Source: Candidatus Hadarchaeales archaeon
GTDB lineage: Archaea; Hadarchaeota; Hadarchaeia; Hadarchaeales; Hadarchaeaceae
DNA: 64,000 nucleotides
Direction: 5' to 3'
NCBI GenBank assembly: GCA_038851075.1
Contig: JAWCLG010000002.1
Span: 49,098-113,097 of the forward strand
Part shown: piece after piece, positions 26,979 to 36,055 of the stretch
Layout of the letters: every line of letters starts with the position of its first letter
Position numbering within the stretch: position 1 is the stretch's first letter
Made by a program: the position numbers and the translations under genes
Notes under the pieces: generated by a model
Told to the model about the DNA's origin: nothing
Seen by the model: only the letters and a program-made list of their open reading frames with translations
The model's database searches: none

Positions 26979-28196
26979 ATGTGGCTAGAGTGCATAGAAT
27001 GCGGCAATAAACTGGATTTAGACGAGAGAAAATTCGAGTGCCCCAAATGCGGCGGATTGCTAGAGGTTGAGTTTGATCTGGGCAAGCTTAAGAAGAGCTT
27101 AAATGTTGAAAAAATTAAAAAAGAGCCCCCACGTGTATGGAAATACAGGGAATTTCTTCCGATAAAGGACGATTCCAAAATAGTTACGCTTGAGGAGGGA
27201 GGCACGCCTCTCTATCGTTGCGACCGCCTTGCAAGGGAGTTGGGGGTTAGAGAGCTTTACGTGAAGTACGAAGGTGCCAACCCTACAGGGTCATTCAAGG
27301 ACAGGGGAATGACGGTGGGGATTACGAAGGCTAGGGAGTTCGGGGTAAAAATAGTCGCGTGCGCGTCGACAGGAAATACATCTGCGTCTCTCGCTGCGTA
27401 TGCTGCCAAAGCAGGGATAAGGTGCCTTGTGCTTCTTCCGAGCGGAAAGGTGGCGCTTGGGAAGCTTGCCCAGGCGGCCATGTATGGGGCTGAGATTATC
27501 TCAGTAAAGGGAAACTTTGATGAAGCGCTGGACATAGTAAAGCGATTATGTGAAGAAAAGGAGGATATCTATCTCATGAACTCTATCAACCCTTTCAGAC
27601 CACAGGGGCAGAAGACGATAGGGTTTGAAATCGCTGACCAGCTCGGGCTAAATCCTCCCGATAGGGTCATAGTTCCAATGGGCAACTGTGCGAACATATG
27701 GGCGATATATAAGGGATTTTTTGAGTACGAGCGCGTTGGCATAATAAAGAAAGTTCCAATGATGACAGGAATACAGGCGGAGGGATCTATGCCCATAGTC
27801 GATGCGATAAAAAAGGGACTGAAGCATTTCACTCCAGTAAAAAGGCCGGAGACCATAGCAACAGCTATAAGGATAGGCAATCCAGTGAACGGACCAAAGG
27901 CAATCAGGGCCATAAGGAACACCGGTGGAACGGCTGAAAGCGTGAGTGATGCGGAGATTATTTGGGCACAGAAGATCATGGCGAGGATGGAAGGAATAGG
28001 TGTGGAGCCATCCAGCGCTTCGACAATATCCGGGTTAAAAAAGCTGCTTGACCAGGGTATTGTTGGCAGGAACGAAAGAGTTGTTTGCGTGGCAACAGGA
28101 AATGTACTCAAGGATCCGGAGGAAGCGGTATCAATATGCAAAAAGCCAATCGAAATCGATGCTAAATACGAGAAGATCGTAAAATACCTGGAGTGA
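26979..28196 (+). CDS. thrC: Threonine synthase
   Basis: N-terminal Zn ribbon, NPTGSFKDRG, ASTGNTSAS, VPMGN. Confidence 0.95.
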   Translation: MWLECIECGNKLDLDERKFECPKCGGLLEVEFDLGKLKKSLNVEKIKKEPPRVWKYREFLPIKDDSKIVTLEEGGTPLYRCDRLARELGVRELYVKYEGANPTGSFKDRGMTVGITKAREFGVKIVACASTGNTSASLAAYAAKAGIRCLVLLPSGKVALGKLAQAAMYGAEIISVKGNFDEALDIVKRLCEEKEDIYLMNSINPFRPQGQKTIGFEIADQLGLNPPDRVIVPMGNCANIWAIYKGFFEYERVGIIKKVPMMTGIQAEGSMPIVDAIKKGLKHFTPVKRPETIATAIRIGNPVNGPKAIRAIRNTGGTAESVSDAEIIWAQKIMARMEGIGVEPSSASTISGLKKLLDQGIVGRNERVVCVATGNVLKDPEEAVSICKKPIEIDAKYEKIVKYLE

Positions 28197-28200
28197 TCGG

Positions 28201-29508
28201 ATGAACCCTAGGGAAATGATGGAGAAAACATTCGCTCTTCTGAAGGAGCATCACGAATGGTTCAAAAGGTCTATACCCCTGATCGCGAGCGAGAATGTTA
28301 CTAGCCCAGCTGTCAGGGAGGCCATGATATGCGACTTTCAGCACAGATATGCGGAGGGATGGCCAACCGAGAGAGTCTATGCAGGCTGCAGGTACATTGA
28401 TCAGGTTGAGATTCTCACAATGGATCTAGCAAAAAACCTTTTTGGTGCTGAGCACGCAAACGTCCAGCCGATATCGGGAGTCGTTGCAAATCTGGCCATG
28501 TACACGGCTTTGACCAAGCCCGGTGATATTTTATTGTGTCTGTCAATACCATGCGGCGGACACATCAGCATGGGGAAGGAGCAGATGGGTGGCACAGCCG
28601 GGGCGGTTCACGGTTTGAGGATAGAATACTGGCCTTTCGATGAAAAACGCATGAACATAGATGTTGACGCGGCAGCGAAAAAACTGCGGGAAGTAAAACC
28701 GAAGCTGGCACTTTTTGGTGGAAGCGTGTTCCTGTTTCCCCACCCCCTCAGGGAGCTCATTGATGTGGCAAAGGAAGTGGGAGCGTATGTGGGGTACGAT
28801 GCGGCACACGTTTCCGGGCTCATAGCCGGCGGGCAGTTTCAGCATCCGATTCGTGAGGGTGTTGACATAATGACATGCAGCACACACAAGACCCTTCCAG
28901 GGCCACAGCGTGGAATGATATTGTGCAAAAGGGAACTGGCCGATGCCGTTAACCGTGCGGTTTTCCCAGGAGTTGTCAGTAATCATCACCTCCATTCGAT
29001 GGCCGCCCTGGCGGTGGCACTGGCCGAAATGATGGAATTTGGCAGGGATTATGCGGCACAGATAGTTAAAAATTCCAGAGCCTTAGGAAAGGAAATGTTC
29101 GATCTAGGATTTGATGTTCTCTGCCCGGACTTCGGGTTCACGAGCTCTCACACAATCGTTGTGAACGTTTTGAAGTACGGTGACGGAGGGGAAATAGAAA
29201 GGAGACTGGAGGAGGCGAATATCATACTAAACAGAAACCTTCTTCCGTGGGACATAAGAGAGGGTAGAAACTTCAGAAAACCAGGGGGGATAAGGCTGGG
29301 CGTCTCCGAGGTAACAAGATTAGGGATGAAAGAGGCTGAGATGAGAGAAATAGCAGAGTTCATAAAGAGAGTAGTTATAGATGGAGAGAGTCCAAGCCGG
29401 ATATCTCAAGAAATTTCAGAGTTCAGAAAGGATTACCAGAAGATTCATTATTGTTTTGATTCAGCTGCGGATGCTTACGAATATATCGAACTCAGAAAAA
29501 AATTTTAA
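28201..29508 (+). CDS. glyA: Serine hydroxymethyltransferase
   Basis: LIASEN, YAEG, DAAH, STHKTLPGP. Confidence 0.97.
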   Translation: MNPREMMEKTFALLKEHHEWFKRSIPLIASENVTSPAVREAMICDFQHRYAEGWPTERVYAGCRYIDQVEILTMDLAKNLFGAEHANVQPISGVVANLAMYTALTKPGDILLCLSIPCGGHISMGKEQMGGTAGAVHGLRIEYWPFDEKRMNIDVDAAAKKLREVKPKLALFGGSVFLFPHPLRELIDVAKEVGAYVGYDAAHVSGLIAGGQFQHPIREGVDIMTCSTHKTLPGPQRGMILCKRELADAVNRAVFPGVVSNHHLHSMAALAVALAEMMEFGRDYAAQIVKNSRALGKEMFDLGFDVLCPDFGFTSSHTIVVNVLKYGDGGEIERRLEEANIILNRNLLPWDIREGRNFRKPGGIRLGVSEVTRLGMKEAEMREIAEFIKRVVIDGESPSRISQEISEFRKDYQKIHYCFDSAADAYEYIELRKKF

Positions 29509-29524
29509 ATTTTAAATACACTCG

Positions 29525-29690
29525 CGGGGGGCAAAGTTTCCAGACTTAGTTTTCCACTGATTTCCACTGATTCCACTGGAAAAAGAAAGAAAAAGGTAAG
29601 TTTTAAGAAAAAGAGCGTTTTTCTAGCCGATAAAAAAAGAACTAAAAATAAGCTAGATTCGTCAGATGCTGGAGTTTTCCAGTTACCACT
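29525..29690. repeat. Tandem mini-ORB-like repeats plus A-rich tract upstream of mcm (second candidate origin or Cdc6-binding site)
   Basis: TTTCCACTGA TTTCCACTGA TTCCACTGGA at 29551-29580, GTTTCCAGA after a G-run, CTGGAGTTTTCCAG inverted repeat near 29669-29682. Confidence 0.6.
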
Positions 29691-29931
29691 CCCTAAAAAT
29701 GACAAAAAAACGGTGTTTTATAGTTTTATACGGTCTGGCAGCCGGAGGTTTTTGGAATGAAGCCCGAGATATCAAGAGTTACCTGCTATACCGATGTTGA
29801 AAACGGTGTATATTTTTATTTGTTCAATAAAGTTAAAGAAGAAAATATTTCACTTGTCATGGCTAATGAAGTAAAAAGTTTTTACAGAACTCCTTTTAAG
29901 CACATCTGGAATATCCTTTCTGGCAGTTGGT

Positions 29932-31953
29932 TTGGAGGCTGGGCGATTGGTTGGCAGTACAGTTAAAGAGAGGCTAGAGGAATTCATCCGCCGTAAGGAT
30001 TTCCTGAAAGAAACCAAAAAGAGGACCGCGTCCGGACATAAGTCGGTAGTGGTTTCTTTCTCGGAAATTTTGGATTTCGATAAAGATCTGGCAAACGGGC
30101 TTTTGGATTCTCCTTCAGATATACTGGACTGGGCTGATAAAAAACTTGAGGAGATCACCGGCATTCCGAACATGCACCTCCGGGTGTATGGTCTGCCAGA
30201 AACAGTGGAGATAAGAAATATACGCGCAGACCACGTTGGGAAGTTCATTCAGGTTGACGGTATACTTACAAAGGCAGGAGAAGTAAAACCGGAGGCAAGG
30301 GAGGCCGTTTTCAAGTGCAGGTTCTGCGGTGAGGAAAATAGGGTGATACAGGCAGGCGAGTTCTTCAGGGAGCCGCTTTCATGTGAGAATCCGAACTGCA
30401 GGAGAAAGGGTGCTTTTGAACTCGTTATAGAGAGCACAGTATTCAGAGACTGGCAGAGCATTTCTGTGCAGGAACCACCAGAGAAGCTTAGGGGAGGAAG
30501 AATCCCGCAGAAGTTGGACGGTATACTCAGAGACGACTTCGTTGATAGAGCAGTCCCAGGAAACCATGTCACCGTAACAGGTGTTCTAAAGGTTTTCCAT
30601 GAGAGGCAGAAGAGAGAGCGCAGAACCACATTTAGGAAAATACTGTTTGTCAATCACATAGATGTGCGGCAGAAAGGAGTGGAGGAAACTGAGCTGACCC
30701 CTGAGGATGAGAAGAAGATAAGCGAACTTGCTAAGGATCCATGGCTCAGGAACAAAATAATTCAGTCAATAGCGCCTGCGATTCACGGCCATGAGGTCAT
30801 AAAAGAAGCAGTTGCATTGCAGTTATTCGGCTGTAATCCAGTAGAACTCCAGGATGGAACTAGAATAAGGGGTGATGTTCACATTTTGTTATGCGGCGAT
30901 CCGGGAACTGCAAAGAGCCAGATTCTTAAGTGGGTTTCAAACGTTGCCCCCCGTGGACTTTATACATCTGGAATGAAAACCACGGCCGCTGGAATCACTG
31001 CAGCGGCTGTTCGAGATGAGATAGGAGGCGGGTGGGCGCTTGAGGCGGGAGCCCTCGTGATAGCGGATGGGGGTATTGCGTGCGTAGATGAGTTTGAGAA
31101 AATGGATGCGCAGGAGTCCTCGGCGATCTTGGAGTCTATGGAGCAGCAGACAGTTAGCATAGCCAAGGCTGGTATAGTGGCCACGCTGAACACCCGCACT
31201 GCGGTCCTCGCCGCGACAAATCCCAAGTATGGGAGATTCGAGAGAAACATACCACCTCCCAAACAGCTTGCGATAGAGCCAGTTCTTCTCTCTAGGTTCG
31301 ACCTGATACTTTTGCTTAAAGACGAGCCAAGACCTGACCTCGATCACTCAATAGCACAGCACGTTCTTCAGCTTCACTCTTCACCAAAAAAGGTCACCAA
31401 GGCACCGTTTGATGTGGATTTTCTGAGAAAAATAGTGATATATTCAAGAAAGTATCTTGACCCTAAGATACAGGACAAAGAGGTGATGAAGGCAATAGAG
31501 GACTTTTTCGTGGAGTGGAGAAAAGTAGTTTCTCAGGGAGCCCCGCTTCCGATAACCGTCAGGCAACTGGAATCAATAATCCGGCTCGCAAAGTGCAATG
31601 CTAGGATGAGGTTGAGCGACAGAGTAACAGTTGAGGACGCAAACAAGGCAGTGGCGCTAATAAAAACCAGTCTAAGTGAGGCAGGAATAGATACGGAGGC
31701 AAACGTCGTTGACATAGATTTAATAATGACGGGAATTCCAAAGTCACAGAGGGATAAGCGCCAGAGGATAATGGACATCATAGGACAGCTCGAGGAACAG
31801 TATGGAGGTGCGGCCCCGATATCCAAGGTAAAGGACCTTGCCTCATCGGAGGGAATATCAGAAAATTTTGTGGAGCGGATGATTGAGGAAGAAAAGAAAC
31901 GTGGATATCTGTACTCTCCGACTCCGGAGACCGTAAGCAGGGCGGTGAAGTGA
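29932..31953 (+). CDS. mcm: MCM replicative helicase (no intein); start possibly TTG 29947
   Basis: Zn finger, GDPGTAKSQ, CVDEFEKM, MEQQTVSIAKAG, SRFD, C-terminal winged helix. Confidence 0.97.
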   Translation: MEAGRLVGSTVKERLEEFIRRKDFLKETKKRTASGHKSVVVSFSEILDFDKDLANGLLDSPSDILDWADKKLEEITGIPNMHLRVYGLPETVEIRNIRADHVGKFIQVDGILTKAGEVKPEAREAVFKCRFCGEENRVIQAGEFFREPLSCENPNCRRKGAFELVIESTVFRDWQSISVQEPPEKLRGGRIPQKLDGILRDDFVDRAVPGNHVTVTGVLKVFHERQKRERRTTFRKILFVNHIDVRQKGVEETELTPEDEKKISELAKDPWLRNKIIQSIAPAIHGHEVIKEAVALQLFGCNPVELQDGTRIRGDVHILLCGDPGTAKSQILKWVSNVAPRGLYTSGMKTTAAGITAAAVRDEIGGGWALEAGALVIADGGIACVDEFEKMDAQESSAILESMEQQTVSIAKAGIVATLNTRTAVLAATNPKYGRFERNIPPPKQLAIEPVLLSRFDLILLLKDEPRPDLDHSIAQHVLQLHSSPKKVTKAPFDVDFLRKIVIYSRKYLDPKIQDKEVMKAIEDFFVEWRKVVSQGAPLPITVRQLESIIRLAKCNARMRLSDRVTVEDANKAVALIKTSLSEAGIDTEANVVDIDLIMTGIPKSQRDKRQRIMDIIGQLEEQYGGAAPISKVKDLASSEGISENFVERMIEEEKKRGYLYSPTPETVSRAVK

Positions 31954-32495
31954 TGCGGAAGAGCGTCATGTTTGGAGAAGAGATGGAAGAAGTTAAGCTC
32001 GTTGATAGGACGTTAGGACCGTTTTCTGCCGGAGATGAGGTTGAGCTCTGGAAATGGGATGCAGAAGTGCTCGAAAAGCATTCTCTGGTGGTTCCTTCAA
32101 AGTTATTTTCAGTTCAGGATATGCGCAAGTTAGCACTGCTTCAGGAGAGAAGTCAGAGCCCGATTACTCTCCCAGCAGACTTTTACAGCATCGCATTAGA
32201 CAGCTTTAGGGACATTCTATCTTCTGAGGGCAGGAAGGCGGCCGATGAGATGAAATCCGCATTGATGTCTCTTGTTGAGATAAGGATACCAAAACTGGTT
32301 TTACTTTCCGTGTCTTCCGGTTCGGGTTTTAATCTTCCACCGGAGGAGATGGTGCTTATCAACAGGATTTCGGAGGAAGTTGATGAATGGAGCAGAAAAT
32401 TTTTGAATGAGCTGAAAAAAATCGGGGAGGAGGTAGAAAAAGGTGGTTCAGGAGGGACTGTTCCACGAAATTCTACGGACGAGGCAGATATTTAA
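31950..32495 (+). CDS. gins23: GINS subunit, Gins23 type (B-A domain order)
   Basis: N-terminal LGPFSAGDEVELWKWDA beta domain, then helical LPADFY...RIPKLV domain; overlaps the mcm stop. Confidence 0.72.
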   Translation: MMRKSVMFGEEMEEVKLVDRTLGPFSAGDEVELWKWDAEVLEKHSLVVPSKLFSVQDMRKLALLQERSQSPITLPADFYSIALDSFRDILSSEGRKAADEMKSALMSLVEIRIPKLVLLSVSSGSGFNLPPEEMVLINRISEEVDEWSRKFLNELKKIGEEVEKGGSGGTVPRNSTDEADI

Positions 32496-33717
32496 AAATA
32501 GGGAGTATCTCAGACCGAGCTACACGCCGGATGAACTCCCACATAGAGAAGATCAGATCAAACAGCTCGCCAGAATACTCGCCGCACCACTGCGTGGAGA
32601 AACTCCATCCAACATATTCATATATGGAAAACCCGGCACCGGAAAGACGGCATGTGTCAACTATGTCGGAAAGGAACTCGAAAAAGTCAGCGATAATGCA
32701 CCTTTTGGGGTGGAGGTTGTTTACCTTAACTGCGAGATCATCAACACACCGTATCGCATTCTCGCTAGGCTGTCAGACCACTTCATAGATAAGTTAAAAA
32801 GATCCGAGGAAGGCGGAGATCAGGCGGTTATTCCGGAGAAGGCGCCTAAAACGGGATGGCCGATGGATGAAGTTTACAGGATTTTTTTCAACGCTTTGGA
32901 CTCCAGAAAACAGCTTGGGGTGGTAATTCTCGACGAGGTAGATAAACTGGTTAAGAAGAGCGGAGACGATATACTTTACATCCTCACGAGGATGAATTCA
33001 GACCTTAAGTCATCCAAAGTCGCTGTGGTTGGAATTTCAAATGACACCAACTTTATGGAGTACCTTGATCCAAGGGTTAGAAGTAGCCTTGGACAAGAGG
33101 AAATAGTTTTTCCGGCCTACAACGCGCTGCAGCTGGCAGATATACTGCGAAAAAGAGCGGAGATGAGCTTTGTTGAAGGGGCTGTTGGGATTGGTGTGAT
33201 AGACCTCTGTGCTGCTCACGCGGCCAGAGAACACGGCGATGCTAGGAGAGCGCTTGATCTGCTGAGGGTTTCAGGCGAGATAGCAGAGTCAAAAAACGCA
33301 GAGGCAGTCACTACTGAGCATGTGATGCTGGCGCACTTGCAGATAGAGCGGGACAAAATGGTCGAGGTGATAAAAACCCTTCCAGCACAATCAAAGCTCG
33401 TCCTTTACAGTATAGTTTACCTCATGGAAAGGACACCACGTAGGATAGTGAGCGGCGATGTTTACAGCGTATATCGAGAAAAGTGTATCAGCACTGGAAA
33501 TTCGGTGCTCACCCCGAGAAGAGTGAGCGACCTTATATCTGAGTTGGATACACTTGGCATAATCAGCGCAACAATAATCAACAAAGGCAGATACGGCAGA
33601 ACAAAGGAGATAAAGCTGAATGTTCATCCCACCCAGGTGATGGCGGCGATCATCGAAGACCTACATGGAGTGAGCGCTAGCACAACAAGCGTTGCGGGGA
33701 CCAGTTTTGGTTTTTAG
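32443..33717 (+). CDS. cdc6: Orc1/Cdc6 replication initiator (Orc1-1 type)
   Basis: YTPDELPHRE, GKPGTGKT, LDEVD, HGDARRALDLL, LTPRRVSDLISEL, GRYGRTK. Confidence 0.96.
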   Translation: MVQEGLFHEILRTRQIFKNREYLRPSYTPDELPHREDQIKQLARILAAPLRGETPSNIFIYGKPGTGKTACVNYVGKELEKVSDNAPFGVEVVYLNCEIINTPYRILARLSDHFIDKLKRSEEGGDQAVIPEKAPKTGWPMDEVYRIFFNALDSRKQLGVVILDEVDKLVKKSGDDILYILTRMNSDLKSSKVAVVGISNDTNFMEYLDPRVRSSLGQEEIVFPAYNALQLADILRKRAEMSFVEGAVGIGVIDLCAAHAAREHGDARRALDLLRVSGEIAESKNAEAVTTEHVMLAHLQIERDKMVEVIKTLPAQSKLVLYSIVYLMERTPRRIVSGDVYSVYREKCISTGNSVLTPRRVSDLISELDTLGIISATIINKGRYGRTKEIKLNVHPTQVMAAIIEDLHGVSASTTSVAGTSFGF

Positions 33718-35259
33718 GTGGGACATGTGGAGGAAAACATTCTTATTCACAGGTTTATGGACCTAGGAGTACAGCTGAGCGAGGGGGCCCTCAAGTATAT
33801 AATGAGCCAGAGCGACCCTGAGGCGACGGCATATCTTGTGATATCAAAGTTATCAAAGATGGAAAAAAGACCATTTTTAATAACAACTGATGCGATATCC
33901 GCAATTTTAATGGAATCAATGGAGGAAACCCAAGTATTACATGAGGATCAGACTAGACCATCTGAGATAATTAAAAAATCCGTTCACACAAAGTTCAGGC
34001 CCGTTGCAGCGGAGTACGAGTCTAAAGTCAGTGTGAGGAGAGATATAACTGGAAAAAGCTACAGTGAAGGTGACATAAGGGACTTTTGGAGCCTTTTTTC
34101 AGATAGGTACGATAGGGTGAGCAGGCTCCTCCGTAACAGGGTGGAGCTCAGGGAAGCTGTTCCAATGGAAACCCTATCAAGTATGGGTGAAAGGGAAAAA
34201 GTAAGTGTAATAGGGATGGTCGCGGATAGACGCGAATCTTCTGCTGGAAATATAATAATAGACCTGGAGGATCCAACCGGCAGGGCCTTGGCTCTGGTTT
34301 TCAAGGGGAAGAAGGACCTTGTTTCTAAGGCTATGGATGTGGTAACTGACGAGGTCATAGGTGTTGTAGGATCACTTAGACCAGGTGATAGAATCCCGCG
34401 CATTTTCGTTACCGACATAGTTTGGCCGGATCTCCCCGTCAAACACGAGCTTGGCAGATCAGAGGACCCAGTCTGCGCGGCACTTATATCCGACCTACAT
34501 GTCGGAAGCGAAATGTTTCTTGAGGATGTGTTCATGAAGTTCATGAAATGGCTTAATGAAGGGGCGGATGGGAAAGCTGAGGCGGAGCTGGCCGGAAAGG
34601 TGAAGTACCTGGTTGTTGCGGGCGACATTGTGGACGGAATAGGAGTTTATCCCGGCCAGGAGGGTGAGCTTCTTGTCGATGATATATTCAAACAGTATGA
34701 GATAGCGGCAAAACTTTTGGCTGAAGTACCGGACTACATAACTGTTATTGTCACACCGGGTAATCACGATGCAGTGCGTCCGTCCGAACCGCAGCCGGCG
34801 ATACCGAAGGATATTGCGGGTGATTTTTATGAGAGAGGGTTCTTGATGGCAGGAAATCCGGTTTTGGCCAACATCCATGGCGTGAATTTCATAGTATATC
34901 ATGGAAGGAGCGTTGATGATATGGTAGGCGCCGTTCCGGGTCTTGACAGAAAGGATTCGGTAAAGCCGTTTGTAAAGCTTCTTCAGAAGAGGCACCTCGC
35001 ACCGATTTATGGCGGAAGAACTGCGATCTCCCCTGAGAGAGCGGACTATATGGTTATCGATGAAGTGCCGGACGTCTTGCACTGCGGCCATGTCCACGTT
35101 AATGGGTACTCTAAGTACAGGGAAGTTTCGATCGTAAACTCTGGAACTTTTCAGTCAAAAACTCTATACATGCAAAAACTTGGGGTTGAGCCGACCCCTG
35201 GGATGGTACCGATATTTGATCTGCAGACCCACCAGGTGAGGGTGGTTCGATTTGCTTAG
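33718..35259 (+). CDS. polB: DNA polymerase D small (proofreading) subunit DP1
   Basis: OB fold, SDLHVGS, AGDIVDG, PGNHD, YHG, GHVH. Confidence 0.96.
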   Translation: MGHVEENILIHRFMDLGVQLSEGALKYIMSQSDPEATAYLVISKLSKMEKRPFLITTDAISAILMESMEETQVLHEDQTRPSEIIKKSVHTKFRPVAAEYESKVSVRRDITGKSYSEGDIRDFWSLFSDRYDRVSRLLRNRVELREAVPMETLSSMGEREKVSVIGMVADRRESSAGNIIIDLEDPTGRALALVFKGKKDLVSKAMDVVTDEVIGVVGSLRPGDRIPRIFVTDIVWPDLPVKHELGRSEDPVCAALISDLHVGSEMFLEDVFMKFMKWLNEGADGKAEAELAGKVKYLVVAGDIVDGIGVYPGQEGELLVDDIFKQYEIAAKLLAEVPDYITVIVTPGNHDAVRPSEPQPAIPKDIAGDFYERGFLMAGNPVLANIHGVNFIVYHGRSVDDMVGAVPGLDRKDSVKPFVKLLQKRHLAPIYGGRTAISPERADYMVIDEVPDVLHCGHVHVNGYSKYREVSIVNSGTFQSKTLYMQKLGVEPTPGMVPIFDLQTHQVRVVRFA

Positions 35260-36055
35260 ATGCAGAGCGCTCGACGGAATTTCAGGCGTTATAATTGACC
35301 TTGATGGAGTCGTGTGGGTGGGTAGAACAACAGTGGCTGGGGTCCAAGAGGCCATTCAGGCCATAAGAAGGATGGGAAAGCGAATAGTTTTCACGACAAA
35401 TAACTCCTCAAAAAGCAGGAAGGAGTACGTAAAGATGCTCAGGAGGTCAGGGGGGGATGCAGAGGAGCATGAGGTCTTAACTTCAGGATATGCTGCTGCG
35501 GAGTACCTTAGGCGAAAAAAAGACGCAGTCCGGGCCCATGTAGTTGGCGAGAGGGGACTTAGAGAGGAACTCGTGCGCGCCGGAATAAAGATTCTCCCAG
35601 AAGAAAAATCGGAGGATGCCACCCATCTGGTTGTTGGCTTAGACAGAACGATCAACTACAGAAAAATATGGTTCGCCATGAAGTCTCTCATGTCAGGAGC
35701 GGAGTTCGTGGCAACAAACACAGATCCAACTTACCCAACTGAACTCGGGCTTACACCAGGGGCTGGGGCGATTGTCGGTGCAATCTCAGGATGCTCGGGC
35801 AGAAATCCAGATGTAGTGCTCGGAAAACCATATCCTTACATCATGAAAATGGCTCTTGAATTGCTGGGCACAGGCGCAGGTCAGACCGCGATAATTGGCG
35901 ACAGGCTGGAGGTTGATGTAAAGGCAGGAAAATTGTGTGGCATAAGGACAATACTAGTTTTGAGTGGGGTTACAAAAAGAGAAGATCTGAGAAAAGTGGA
36001 GAGGGATATGAGGCCAGATTTTGTTTTTAACAGTCTTTCAGAGGTGGTGTCATGA
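35252..36055 (+). CDS. HAD-IIA (NagD-like) phosphatase
   Basis: DLDGV, TNNS, ATNTD, GKP, IGDRLEVD, VLSGVT. Confidence 0.92.
   Translation: MLRCRALDGISGVIIDLDGVVWVGRTTVAGVQEAIQAIRRMGKRIVFTTNNSSKSRKEYVKMLRRSGGDAEEHEVLTSGYAAAEYLRRKKDAVRAHVVGERGLREELVRAGIKILPEEKSEDATHLVVGLDRTINYRKIWFAMKSLMSGAEFVATNTDPTYPTELGLTPGAGAIVGAISGCSGRNPDVVLGKPYPYIMKMALELLGTGAGQTAIIGDRLEVDVKAGKLCGIRTILVLSGVTKREDLRKVERDMRPDFVFNSLSEVVS

Noticed and set aside
29551-29584. Tandem repeats as a CRISPR array
   Set aside because: Units are only 9-10 nt with no spacers and no cas genes; they match mini-ORBs better
29757-29966. Short ORFs in the glyA-mcm gap (also 29505-29705)
   Set aside because: No recognisable motifs; they lie in AT-rich origin-like or promoter DNA
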